Shown: positions 48,186 through 58,448 of the stretch, one piece after another | Numbering within the stretch: the stretch's first letter is position 1 | How the letters are laid out: every line of letters starts with the position of its first letter | NCBI GenBank assembly: GCA_964575955.1 | Contig: CAZNTG010000009.1 | Coordinates: 32,001 to 96,000 of the forward strand | Length of the DNA: 64,000 nucleotides | Reading direction: 5' to 3' | From: an uncultured Thermoproteaceae archaeon | GTDB taxonomy: Archaea; Thermoproteota; Thermoprotei; Thermoproteales; Thermocladiaceae | Notes under the pieces: model-generated | Databases searched by the model: none | Told to the model about the DNA's origin: nothing | What the model saw: the letters and a program-made list of their open reading frames with translations, nothing else | Program-made: the position numbers and the translations under genes

Positions 48186-49373
48186 TTATCTATAAAATAC
48201 TAACGTACCTGATGCTGATATGTAGGTACACGTATTTGGATCCCATAATACAGCACTTAATGATGGATATGCAACACCATGAGGTTTTACAAATACGACA
48301 TAGTTTAGATAGGTAGTACTTTGTAGACAGCCAGCAGTTGTGACATAGGTCTTAACTAGGCTTAGTATGGTATTATATGAATATGCTCCAAGCATAAACA
48401 TGTGGAGAAATGCTCCAGATCCATGTATAGTCTCTATTCTGACAGTACCATTTATGAATATTGTAACTCTCACAACTTCATCAATATAGTTGTCTAATGG
48501 TGCTGTTGTTCCAGGCCACCAAAGATCTTCCCAACATACTAGGTAGTCTCCCAATACTTCTTGAGGATTATTAACAAGTTTGGGTAGTGTGACTGTAAAC
48601 TTTCCACCATATATATTTACTATCGTTATCGTATATGGTTGTGAGGCTCTGTATGGATTTATAAATATGACTACAGGACCTAGAGCATATCTTTGTGAAA
48701 ATGATAGTTTGGATAGATCTAATATGTTTGTAGTTAATATTTTAGCTATTCCAGAAGTCTGCTTTACGGTACTTCCGGATATGTAGTAGAATGTGTATGA
48801 TCCTGTAGCTAGATTGACAATTACGAAATGTATGTATGATGGATCTAGACTTATTCCTGATCCTGTTCTACCTGCAAGAAACACAACTGTAGACTTTCCA
48901 GCTAGTGAAGATTCTCCAGCTCTAATGTTAATTGGAACACCATATATTACTGGTGAACCACCTCTAGAAGTACCGACACCAATCTCAATATATGGAGGTA
49001 GTGAACTTATGTCAACCCCAAGTAGTGAGACCTCTATATGGTACACATTTCCAGGTTTTATATATACAGGACCTCCTATAGGTTCTCTAATAAGTACAAG
49101 TCTACCATCAGGATAGGAGAAGAAGTAGATGTATTTCACAACTACAGGACTTATTGTAGCTCTCACATCAATAACTATAGATCCAGGGAGTAGATGTACT
49201 CCAAGTATCACCAACATACTATTAGATACTTGACTTTGAGGTGGCATTGCAGATGGATATCTAGACACGTATAGGTATAGTATGGACAATATTACTACAA
49301 GTATCGATATTAGTAATACAGCACCAACAATGTTAGATAGTCCTCTAATATGCCTAAGCTTTAGACTTTTCAT
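48186..49373 (-). CDS. Type IV pilin-like/adhesin protein with class III signal peptide
   Basis: Basic N-terminus, RG/LSNIVGAVLL, hydrophobic helix, then an S/T/G/Y-rich beta body. Confidence 0.75.
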   Translation of the reverse strand: MKSLKLRHIRGLSNIVGAVLLISILVVILSILYLYVSRYPSAMPPQSQVSNSMLVILGVHLLPGSIVIDVRATISPVVVKYIYFFSYPDGRLVLIREPIGGPVYIKPGNVYHIEVSLLGVDISSLPPYIEIGVGTSRGGSPVIYGVPINIRAGESSLAGKSTVVFLAGRTGSGISLDPSYIHFVIVNLATGSYTFYYISGSTVKQTSGIAKILTTNILDLSKLSFSQRYALGPVVIFINPYRASQPYTITIVNIYGGKFTVTLPKLVNNPQEVLGDYLVCWEDLWWPGTTAPLDNYIDEVVRVTIFINGTVRIETIHGSGAFLHMFMLGAYSYNTILSLVKTYVTTAGCLQSTTYLNYVVFVKPHGVAYPSLSAVLWDPNTCTYISASGTLVFYR

Positions 49374-49413
49374 CTCTTAACTTAGATATACTATCCTCCT
49401 TAATTATCCTTGT

Positions 49414-50715
49414 TTACTTCTTTATTATTATACTCTCACCTATCGATCTTGGTACTACAACATTTTCAATACCGTACTTCTGTCTTATTCTTGATACAAA
49501 TTTTAATGCATTTAGTAGTGTTGTGTGTACCATTACTATGTGTGTTTCTGTATTAAACATTTTTATAAAATCTTCAAGTTCTTTCTTACCTGCATGTGCA
49601 CTTAAATCAATCCAGTATATCTGTGCCTCGATTTTTAGTTCTCTATTCTCTACAAATGCTTTTCCACGTGTTAATATTTGAAAGCCTGGTGTTCCTGGAG
49701 CTTGAAAGCTTGGTAGTATTATTGCATTTTTCTTACTTCTTGAAAGTTTTTTCAAGTATTGTATAACTGCACCACCTTTCAACATTCCTGCAGGTGATAT
49801 AACTATGCATGGTTCTGAACCAACATTTCTTCTAAAGTACTCGCTTGGAACTTCTATTGCAACTTCCATAGCTCTCCTATATAGCTTATAGTCACGTAGG
49901 TAGTGTGGATATCTTGCAATTATCTCATTTGCAATTCTTGCTAATCCATCAACAATTATTGGGTATGTATCAACACCATACTTCACAAGTATTGATAATA
50001 CTTCTTGAGATCTACCAACTGTGAAGCTTGGTATAAGTACACATCCACCATCTTCAAGAACGTTTAGTGTAATCTCAACAAGCTGTTTTTCAAGTACTTC
50101 TCTAGGTGGATGTGTACCATTTACATATGTTCCTTCCATAATCACAACATCAACATCTTTAGGAATATTGTATAGATCTGCACCATTCAGTAGACATGTT
50201 GGTGATGGATTGAAATCTCCAGTATATAGGACTCTCCAACCATCAATCTCGATAATAACCATGGAGCTTCCAGGTACGTGACCAGCATTTAGAAATGTTA
50301 ATGATAAGTTTGGAGATATCTCAACAACTTCTCCATAAGTTACAGGTACTGTACATTCTAACATCTTTGAAACTTCTCTATGTTCATAAGGTAGGTAGTA
50401 TCCACTAAGTTTTATTAAATCTTTTATTAAAAGATCACTCAACTCTATCGTTAGAGGTGTTGCATATAGTGGAACTTCATAACTTACATATAGTGCAGGT
50501 ATAAAACCACAATGATCGAGATGTGCATGTGAAAGTACTACACATGAGAGATCTCTGGGCCTAACATGTTGTGGAAATAGTGGTCTATCCTGTTCATCAA
50601 AATTCACACCATAGTCAAGCAATACAGCTGTTCCAGATTCTAGAGATTTTACAAGTATTCCAGCTCTACCAACCTCTCCAGCACCACCTAACACCTTTAT
50701 CAATAGCTTACTCAC
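49414..50715 (-). CDS. Beta-CASP metallo-beta-lactamase ribonuclease (aCPSF2-like)
   Basis: GG.GEVGR, SHAHLDH, AGHVPGS, TGD, GRSQE, SAHA; no KH domains. Confidence 0.9.
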   Translation of the reverse strand: MSKLLIKVLGGAGEVGRAGILVKSLESGTAVLLDYGVNFDEQDRPLFPQHVRPRDLSCVVLSHAHLDHCGFIPALYVSYEVPLYATPLTIELSDLLIKDLIKLSGYYLPYEHREVSKMLECTVPVTYGEVVEISPNLSLTFLNAGHVPGSSMVIIEIDGWRVLYTGDFNPSPTCLLNGADLYNIPKDVDVVIMEGTYVNGTHPPREVLEKQLVEITLNVLEDGGCVLIPSFTVGRSQEVLSILVKYGVDTYPIIVDGLARIANEIIARYPHYLRDYKLYRRAMEVAIEVPSEYFRRNVGSEPCIVISPAGMLKGGAVIQYLKKLSRSKKNAIILPSFQAPGTPGFQILTRGKAFVENRELKIEAQIYWIDLSAHAGKKELEDFIKMFNTETHIVMVHTTLLNALKFVSRIRQKYGIENVVVPRSIGESIIIKK

Positions 50716-50773
50716 AGGACAAGTATGAGGTTCAGGTTAAAAAACTTAATAATACTAGATCAAGCGGTGATAG

Positions 50774-51643
50774 GTGTTTCTAGATAATGTTAACTGTGTG
50801 CTCTGTCTAGTGGAATCTAGACTTAGAGAACTTAATAAACTTTGCAAAATTAATAGTAACATATTGAGACTATTCTTCAAAGAGATTTCAAATATAGATG
50901 AGTATAAGAGAACTAACATATTTGTAAAGAGTTTTGAATTTATAGTAAAGATTACAGGTATTGAAGATCCACATAGAGAAGAGAAGTGGAGAATATATAG
51001 ACAATTTCTAAACATATGTAGAGATGTTATAGATAAGATATGTAATATTGATGAAGCATTAAAATTTGCAATAAATTCAAACCTCCTAGATGTTGAAATG
51101 CATGATTACAAACCGAGAATTGAAAATGTTCTAGAACTATTAAATAGAGATGTTAAGTATATTGATGTAAATTTTAGAAAAGTTTTAGATAGATGTAGAC
51201 AGGTATGCTACATACTTGACAACTCAGGTGAGCATCTATTTGATCTAGTATTAGCAGACTATATACGTAGATTGAAGAAAGATGTTGTACTTCTAGTTAG
51301 AGAATTACCGTACGAGATTGATGTTACTAGAGAACTTGTGATTAGAGGTATTCAAGATCTAGATTTGAAAGATTTTGAAATTATTGAAGTACCTGATAGA
51401 TGTCCACCAATACTATACGCAGCTAGAGAGTTTAATGATAAGAATACACTAATCATTAGTAAGGGTATTGCAAACTTTGAAGCATACATAGACTGGTGTG
51501 TTGATTATGATCTAAATGCTATATTTCTACTAGTTGCTAAGTGTAGTCCAATTGCCAAGTTTTTAGAAGTTGAAAAGGGTTCTGGTGTATGTGTAAGTTC
51601 GGATTACATAAATTCTAGAGTTAGAAATATAGTTCGTGACTGA
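50774..51643 (+). CDS. ARMT1-like (DUF89) damage-control phosphatase
   Basis: N..D, LDNSGE..FD, KG.ANFE, KC motifs. Confidence 0.85.
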   Translation: MFLDNVNCVLCLVESRLRELNKLCKINSNILRLFFKEISNIDEYKRTNIFVKSFEFIVKITGIEDPHREEKWRIYRQFLNICRDVIDKICNIDEALKFAINSNLLDVEMHDYKPRIENVLELLNRDVKYIDVNFRKVLDRCRQVCYILDNSGEHLFDLVLADYIRRLKKDVVLLVRELPYEIDVTRELVIRGIQDLDLKDFEIIEVPDRCPPILYAAREFNDKNTLIISKGIANFEAYIDWCVDYDLNAIFLLVAKCSPIAKFLEVEKGSGVCVSSDYINSRVRNIVRD

Positions 51644-52634
51644 GAAAACTGGATTTAAAATAGCCATACTTGGAGCAGGACCTGCAGGTCTTCAAGCAGC
51701 ACAATACCTAGTTGAGAGAGGTTATGAAGTACATGTGTACGATAGATTGCCAGAACCTGGAGGTATGATGATGTTTGCAATACCTTCAAGAAGAATTCCA
51801 AAAGATAGAATTAGAGGTAGAGTTAGAGAATTAGAACGTAAAGGTGTGCAATTTATATTAAAGACAAAGATTCAGGATGGGTATAGTAAGATTGAAGGTG
51901 ATGATCTTGTTGAGAATATTGTAAGTATTAGAGAAATAATATCAAAATATGACTCAATACTAATATGTACTGGAGCTTGGAAGAGTAGAATGCTCAATAT
52001 TGAGGGAGAGAATAGTGTTGGAGTTTATCCAGCATTAGAATATATTCTAAACATCAGATTGAAAGAGCTTGGATATGTAGATAGAGAGCCAGATGTTGGT
52101 AATAGAGTTGTCGTTATTGGTGCAGGTAGGACAGCTGTAGATGTTGTTGAAGAACTATGTCTTAGAAATAGAGAAGTCATATTGATATATAGGAGAAAGA
52201 TATCAGAATCTAGAGCTTATAGAGAATTTCTAAAGCTATTGAATAAGTATAATATAAAAGTTCTAGAGGAGAGACAACCACTTAAAATACTTGTAAATAG
52301 AGGTAGAGTATCAGGATTAGAATTTTGCAAAGTTAAGAGAGAAGGTGACAAATTTATACTAGATACATCAAACATAGAGACTATAGAATGTGACACAGTT
52401 ATAGAAGCTATTGGTGAAATACCAACACCACCAATAAATGAAAATATTGCAAAAGAGCTAGGCATTGAGATTAGAGATGGTAGAATTGTTGTAGATTCTG
52501 AATATAGGACTGGTAATGAGAAGATATTTGCAGCTGGTGATGTAGTTTTAGGACCATCAAGTATAGGACAGGCTGTAGGTTCAGGTTTAAAAGCTGCACA
52601 GAGTATAGATAAGTACTTGAGGGCGAAAAGATAG
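51636..52634 (+). CDS. GltD-like FAD/NAD(P)H oxidoreductase without N-terminal Fe-S domain
   Basis: GAGPAG, GG...FAIP..R.P, GAG.TA.D, AAGDV..GPS. Confidence 0.87.
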   Translation: MTEKTGFKIAILGAGPAGLQAAQYLVERGYEVHVYDRLPEPGGMMMFAIPSRRIPKDRIRGRVRELERKGVQFILKTKIQDGYSKIEGDDLVENIVSIREIISKYDSILICTGAWKSRMLNIEGENSVGVYPALEYILNIRLKELGYVDREPDVGNRVVVIGAGRTAVDVVEELCLRNREVILIYRRKISESRAYREFLKLLNKYNIKVLEERQPLKILVNRGRVSGLEFCKVKREGDKFILDTSNIETIECDTVIEAIGEIPTPPINENIAKELGIEIRDGRIVVDSEYRTGNEKIFAAGDVVLGPSSIGQAVGSGLKAAQSIDKYLRAKR

Positions 52635-52635
52635 A

Positions 52636-53328
52636 ATGAGAAACATACTTGCACGTATAGTAGGTAGACTTGCACTAGATAAGAAGATTTTAGAAAACTT
52701 TTCTAGACATCTATCACTAACAGAAGAAGCTGTAAAAATACTTAGAGAAAATGTAAGAAATTCAAAAGAAATTATTAGAAGTAAAATTCAGGAAACTGTA
52801 CATTCTGTAAAAATATTAGAAGTAAGAGGTGATGAATTGATAAAGGAATCTTGGATATTTATAATTAAGTCAGGAGTACTACACCCACTATCAACTCCAC
52901 TAATATCATCAGTTATGAATAAGCTTGACGATATGTTGGATAATGTGAATGTTCTAGCATTAGAGATAGAGAGATATCTAGCACTACCTGATGAACATAC
53001 TAAGATGTGGGATAGAGTTTCAACATACCTATACTCAACACTACAACTATGTAGTGAAGCTATCAAGACATTGAGAGAGTCCATAGTTGAGACTATAAGA
53101 TTAGACGACTTGACAAATAATATATTGAAAGTTAATAATATAGAACATGAAGTTGATATTGCTAAAAATAGGATATTACTAGAATTTTCATCTAAAGCAA
53201 ATGAAATATCATGTCACGAGTATATACATGCTAGAATGATAGTTCAACTAGTAGATAATCTTGCTGATGCAGCTCAAGATCTTGCAAATCTCTTATTAAC
53301 ACTCTACACAATGCTTCCAGGAACCTGA
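52636..53328 (+). CDS. DUF47/PhoU-like phosphate transport regulator
   Basis: Helical repeat E..GD / E.EVD / D..D pattern. Confidence 0.8.
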   Translation: MRNILARIVGRLALDKKILENFSRHLSLTEEAVKILRENVRNSKEIIRSKIQETVHSVKILEVRGDELIKESWIFIIKSGVLHPLSTPLISSVMNKLDDMLDNVNVLALEIERYLALPDEHTKMWDRVSTYLYSTLQLCSEAIKTLRESIVETIRLDDLTNNILKVNNIEHEVDIAKNRILLEFSSKANEISCHEYIHARMIVQLVDNLADAAQDLANLLLTLYTMLPGT

Positions 53329-53367
53329 TACAAAAGGATAATTAAACATCTCAAATATTGACTAAGT

Positions 53368-54033
53368 GTGAGACTACTAGACAGACTAGTGGGACTTTTT
53401 AAAGGTCAGGAAAGTACAATCTTCTCAAAACTTAAAGAACATCTAGAACTATCTATGAAAGCTCTTGAAGTATTAACATCACCAGAGTGTAGATTAGAGG
53501 AAAAGTGCTTAAGAAAGATTGTTGAACTTGAGAAGAGGGGAGATGAAATTTCTAGAGAGATTTCAGAACTACTATCTAGAGGTGCTGTAACAGCTCATGC
53601 ATTAAATATTATAGAAATAATGACAAATAAGATAGATGATATACTAGATGAAATATATGTACTATCTAAAGAACTTGAGAGAATGTTAAAATATTCAAAA
53701 AATAAGGATGTAGTACTGAGAGTATATGGATATGTTGTTGATGCTGGTAGAAAAGCTATAGCTGCAATAAGAGAATTACATACATTATATTCAAACATAA
53801 TTAATGGATCTATTCAAGATACTAGAAGTAGAATGAATGAGATAGAGAGGTTGGAGGAGGAGGTTGATGAATTGAAAGAGAGGATGCTAGATCAGATATA
53901 TAGTGATGCTGATAGGATGAGTATGGTAGAGTTCTACTCCGCAATATCAATAACATACATGCTTGACACAGTTGTTGATAAGCTTAGAGATTTAGCAGAA
54001 TTAACACTTCTACTCTTAATATCAATAACGTAA
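53368..54033 (+). CDS. DUF47/PhoU-like phosphate transport regulator, second paralog
   Basis: LEKRGD, IDDILD, LEEEVD pattern. Confidence 0.85.
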   Translation: MRLLDRLVGLFKGQESTIFSKLKEHLELSMKALEVLTSPECRLEEKCLRKIVELEKRGDEISREISELLSRGAVTAHALNIIEIMTNKIDDILDEIYVLSKELERMLKYSKNKDVVLRVYGYVVDAGRKAIAAIRELHTLYSNIINGSIQDTRSRMNEIERLEEEVDELKERMLDQIYSDADRMSMVEFYSAISITYMLDTVVDKLRDLAELTLLLLISIT

Positions 54034-54914
54034 TGAAAATAGTAACATTAATCTTAACGACATTACTAACATACTTAATAAGTAGTAACAATCTTTCAGT
54101 ATGTGTAGGACCTCTAGTAAGTACTAGAATGTTAAATGAGAAAAATGCTCCAATATTTGCATACTTCAGCTATATTGTTGGACTATTGTTACAGAGTAAG
54201 CATATGGTACATATATCAGTATCAGGAACATTTCTAGACATATCTTTAGCAATAACGTTGATAATAGTCTTAATAGGAGAGGTGTTTAGAGTACCTGTAT
54301 CGCTGATGTACATATTATCTACAAGCATAATGACATATGGTCTAGTAGTGTCTAATAACTACAAGTTAATATATGCAGTATCATACTGGATATTGTCATC
54401 ATTCATAATATTTATACTATGTCCACCAATATTGAAAATATTACACTATGTTGGAAGTAGAAGACCAACAGTTGGAGCATCAGTATATAGATTTGTCTCA
54501 TATATAACATCATTTCTACTATGTATGAGCTTTGGTGCAAATAATATAGGATATCTATGGATGATCACAGGAGGAGACTATACATCACTAATACCTATAC
54601 TAATATCATCGATGTTGGGAACATTCATAACAGGTAGGAGAACACTAAATAAACTTGCAGGTGTATATGCATTAACATTAACAGGATGTCTAGTAGTTAC
54701 AACACTCTCATATGCTGTAGCTCAAATAGCAACATTTATTGGAATACCTGTAAGTTTCTCAGTACTTCTAGTATGCTCGCTGGTTGGTATTAGCTATGGT
54801 TATAGTATCAGGATAATAGACTATAAGTATGTTAAGAAAGCTTTAACAGTACTATACCTATCAATACCACTATCATTCACACTTACATTACTAACACTAT
54901 CTATAATACATTAA
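54033..54914 (+). CDS. PiT family inorganic phosphate transporter (divergent)
   Basis: SSNN and GANN signature repeats, PVS motifs, hydrophobic; follows the DUF47 genes. Confidence 0.78.
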   Translation: MKIVTLILTTLLTYLISSNNLSVCVGPLVSTRMLNEKNAPIFAYFSYIVGLLLQSKHMVHISVSGTFLDISLAITLIIVLIGEVFRVPVSLMYILSTSIMTYGLVVSNNYKLIYAVSYWILSSFIIFILCPPILKILHYVGSRRPTVGASVYRFVSYITSFLLCMSFGANNIGYLWMITGGDYTSLIPILISSMLGTFITGRRTLNKLAGVYALTLTGCLVVTTLSYAVAQIATFIGIPVSFSVLLVCSLVGISYGYSIRIIDYKYVKKALTVLYLSIPLSFTLTLLTLSIIH

Positions 54915-55850
54915 GAATTCTTTAACAATTCTACAAATTGCATAAGGACCTTCAAATGCTATAGCTGTAACAATCTGTACAGCAGATACACCATACTTCT
55001 CTAATAATTCATAAACTTGTTTACCATGAAATATTCCACCACAAGCAACAATCTCAATATCACTAAACTCTCTAACATACTTGACAATCCTCTTAACAAG
55101 TCTGTAGATTGGTAATCCACTAAAACCACCAACACCTGAAGACATGCAGGATGTTATAGTTGAAAATGAGTTTGATATTGTTAATCCAACATTACTATAC
55201 TTCTCACATATCTTAACTATCTCACGAACATCTAAACTCCTAGGTCTAACCTTAACTAGTATAGGCTTTCTACAGACACTACGAACATCTTCTAATAATC
55301 TATCTAAAATCTCAGAATTATGAAGATCCACACCTCTATATTGAGGACAACTTATGTTAATTTCAACAATCTTAACATTTTCGATATTATTCAAAATCTT
55401 TGACATAATTATAAATTCACTATTTGAAAAACCAGCAATATTACATATTATTGGTATATTAACTTTCAATCTTTCTAATCTAGCTACTACATATTTAAAA
55501 CCTTTTGAAGGTAATCCCATAGCATTTAACATAGCAAACTTATCAACATACCTATACAATCTAGGATGTCTATTACCAGATCTTGGATGCAGTGTTACTG
55601 ATCCAACTACATGAAAACCTGATATTTTAGAAAATATGTGTATTAATTCACCATTCTTATCAATACCTGCACCAACACCTATAGGTATAGGAATATCAAC
55701 ATTTAGAATTTTAAATCTAGTATTAAAAACTTCATAATTAGTATTACACAACTTCTCTATAGGTATGATACAGTACTTCATTAATATGTGAGATATTCTA
55801 TATGTAACTTCAGGATGTAGATATTTTAATAATCTTCTATATATTTTCAT
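54897..55850 (-). CDS. pyrD: Dihydroorotate dehydrogenase
   Basis: AGIDKNG, GN..PRL.R, NAMG, NISCP, GGFSG; in operon with pyrBI. Confidence 0.9.
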   Translation of the reverse strand: MKIYRRLLKYLHPEVTYRISHILMKYCIIPIEKLCNTNYEVFNTRFKILNVDIPIPIGVGAGIDKNGELIHIFSKISGFHVVGSVTLHPRSGNRHPRLYRYVDKFAMLNAMGLPSKGFKYVVARLERLKVNIPIICNIAGFSNSEFIIMSKILNNIENVKIVEINISCPQYRGVDLHNSEILDRLLEDVRSVCRKPILVKVRPRSLDVREIVKICEKYSNVGLTISNSFSTITSCMSSGVGGFSGLPIYRLVKRIVKYVREFSDIEIVACGGIFHGKQVYELLEKYGVSAVQIVTAIAFEGPYAICRIVKEFLMYYR

Positions 55851-56335
55851 TATTCTCTAGATTTTAATAACATATACTCTATATCTTGTGCTGTATATAC
55901 AGTACCGCAGTAGTCACATTTAACTATTAGTGGATTTTTAGATATTGTAATAAATCTAGATTTTATAGGTTCTCTAGGTTTATTTGTAATACATTTACTA
56001 TTTAGACATTTTAATACTCCTTCAATCTTATCAGGTATTTCAACTTTAAACTTTTGAACAACCTCATAATTTTTAATGATGTTTATCGTTGCTGTTGGTG
56101 CAACTAGTGCTATTATTGATAACTCATCTTTAGATAGTTCTCTACTCTCAATCTTTATTATATCTTTCAATCCTAGTTTTCTACTATCAACATTCATCAC
56201 AAGTGCAACTCTAAAACCTTCCTTACCTGTAATTCCGAGAAGTTTCAATACTGTTAATGCTTTTCCAGCAGGTATATGATCTATCACAATTCCATCCTTA
56301 ATCTTCCTAATTATCAATTCTCTCTCCATATTCAC
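55850..56335 (-). CDS. pyrI: Aspartate carbamoyltransferase regulatory chain
   Basis: VIDHI, KDIIKIE, C.N..CIT, C.YC. Confidence 0.96.
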   Translation of the reverse strand: MNMERELIIRKIKDGIVIDHIPAGKALTVLKLLGITGKEGFRVALVMNVDSRKLGLKDIIKIESRELSKDELSIIALVAPTATINIIKNYEVVQKFKVEIPDKIEGVLKCLNSKCITNKPREPIKSRFITISKNPLIVKCDYCGTVYTAQDIEYMLLKSRE

Positions 56336-57270
56336 ACCTTACTTTCTCTACCAAATATTAATGTTAATAATGCCATTCTCAGAGGAACACCATATGCTGC
56401 CTGTTTGAAATATCTTGCATATTTAGTATTATCAACTCTCGGATCTAACTCATCAACTCTAGGTAATGGATGTAGTATGATTAATGTATCTTTAACATTT
56501 TTCAAAGTTTCTAATGTTACTCTATAACTACCTCTAACTCTCTCATATTCAACAACGTCTGGAAATCTCTCTTTTTGAATTCTAACAACATATAGAACAT
56601 CTAGATATTTTATAACATCTTCAATATTTTCAACATGTTCGTACTTTATACCTGCAATGTCTAGTATTGTTAAGACTTCTCTCCTAGGTTTTAATGATTG
56701 TGGTGATATTAGATATATTTTTGAAGGTTTGAAAAGTGTTAAACCTTCAATAAATGATTTAACAGTTCTAGCATACTTCAAATCTCCCAATATTCCAATC
56801 GTGAGTCCATCAATTTCTCCAAGCTCTCTCCATATTGTGTATAGATCTAGCATTGCCTGTGTTGGATGATTTTGAGTACCATCACCAGCATTTATTACAG
56901 GATTTTCAGCTATCTCAGCTGCATATTTAGCAACACCTTCAAGACTATGTCTAATAACTATAGCATCAGCATATGCATCAAGCATTCTTATAGTATCAGC
57001 TATAGATTCACCCTTAGCTATAGATGTTGCTTCTTCACCAACAAATCCAATAGTACTACCACCAAGTCTATGCATTGCAGTTTCAAAACTTAATCTAGTT
57101 CTAGTACTTGGTTCAAAGAATGCTAATGCAAGTATCTTATCTTCAAGAATGTTTAATCTAGATCTAGAATACTTCTCCATAACCATCGTGAGATTGAAAA
57201 GTTCTTCAAGATCTTCACGTTTGAAGTCTAGTACAGATATAACATCTCTACCCTGCCAACCTCGACTCAT
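56332..57270 (-). CDS. pyrB: Aspartate carbamoyltransferase catalytic chain
   Basis: [23 protein letters not shown]. Confidence 0.97.
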   Translation of the reverse strand: MSRGWQGRDVISVLDFKREDLEELFNLTMVMEKYSRSRLNILEDKILALAFFEPSTRTRLSFETAMHRLGGSTIGFVGEEATSIAKGESIADTIRMLDAYADAIVIRHSLEGVAKYAAEIAENPVINAGDGTQNHPTQAMLDLYTIWRELGEIDGLTIGILGDLKYARTVKSFIEGLTLFKPSKIYLISPQSLKPRREVLTILDIAGIKYEHVENIEDVIKYLDVLYVVRIQKERFPDVVEYERVRGSYRVTLETLKNVKDTLIILHPLPRVDELDPRVDNTKYARYFKQAAYGVPLRMALLTLIFGRESKV

Positions 57271-57334
57271 CTCTATGATAGATATCGTACTTAGAACCTT
57301 TATAAATAGTGTAAATCTCTACAGGATGTAATAT

Positions 57335-58417
57335 CTATAGACTATCAACAATTTCAACATTTAAAGATTTAAATATCCTATCAATATCTTTACTAGATAT
57401 TGGATATCTACTACACAACCTTTCAAAGAGCTTTCTAGATATTAAATGTTTAATAACTTTACCATCTTTAACAACCTTCTTAGAATATTTTTGAATTTCA
57501 AAATACCACCTATAGATTCTATCACGTCTAGTCTGATTTAGAATTATAGCATCTTCAATATTCACATCTTCAAACCTGACTTTTAGTATTATATCGATAA
57601 TTCTATTAAGTCTATCAGGAACACCAATTATAGAACAGTCAATACATATCTTCATTCTTGGAATATTATATTCCCATAATCTATATTGTGAATATAGTCT
57701 ATATGTTCCAAACTTATCAACACGCTCCTTATCAATAATCCCACCTAGTATATACATGTTGTATGAAAATATATCACATTTAGTAAGTGTAAATTCACCT
57801 TCAGGATCTAGCATAACAATATTAAAATTCTTAATATTTCTTCTTATAAACTCTCTAAGATTTATCTTAAGTATATTAACTCTATGTACCATACCTGAAG
57901 TCTTACTCTTGAAGTATTGTATAAAATCTTCACTACATGATGTAAGTGTTAGATAGCTATCATATAGATATTTTCTCAATGTTTTTATACACATTATAAT
58001 TTGTTCTATAAGCTCTCTCTTCTCATTCTCCGTATGTTCATCCCAAAATGATAGATCAATAACGAAGTGTGGAAGACTTCTATATTTAAACTTGATATTA
58101 AGCATGTTTGAAATTTCTTCACGTATCTTGTCAGTTATGTTGTTAATACATTTTCTACTACTCCACCTAATGTAGTATTTTGATATTTCAGATCCAGAAC
58201 CATGTATTATCTTTATATTATCATACTCATATATTGTAGATCCTGATCTCTCTTCGTCAATACATATATTAATTCTACCGTTTAGTAGTAGTATTGCTAG
58301 TGCTTGAAATATATTTGAATTAAAATCTCTAACTTTGTATAGAGTTAGTCTATCTATATGAATTATGTTAATTCCATACTTCTTCAATATGTCTACTAAA
58401 ATCTCACCAAGCAACAT
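57335..58417 (-). CDS. trm10: tRNA N1-purine(9) methyltransferase Trm10
   Basis: IDLSFW..H..E...L..Q, LDP, GGIIDK, GVPDRLN. Confidence 0.85.
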   Translation of the reverse strand: MLLGEILVDILKKYGINIIHIDRLTLYKVRDFNSNIFQALAILLLNGRINICIDEERSGSTIYEYDNIKIIHGSGSEISKYYIRWSSRKCINNITDKIREEISNMLNIKFKYRSLPHFVIDLSFWDEHTENEKRELIEQIIMCIKTLRKYLYDSYLTLTSCSEDFIQYFKSKTSGMVHRVNILKINLREFIRRNIKNFNIVMLDPEGEFTLTKCDIFSYNMYILGGIIDKERVDKFGTYRLYSQYRLWEYNIPRMKICIDCSIIGVPDRLNRIIDIILKVRFEDVNIEDAIILNQTRRDRIYRWYFEIQKYSKKVVKDGKVIKHLISRKLFERLCSRYPISSKDIDRIFKSLNVEIVDSL

Positions 58418-58448
58418 TATAAAATCCTACATTATTGAGAGATGTGGG

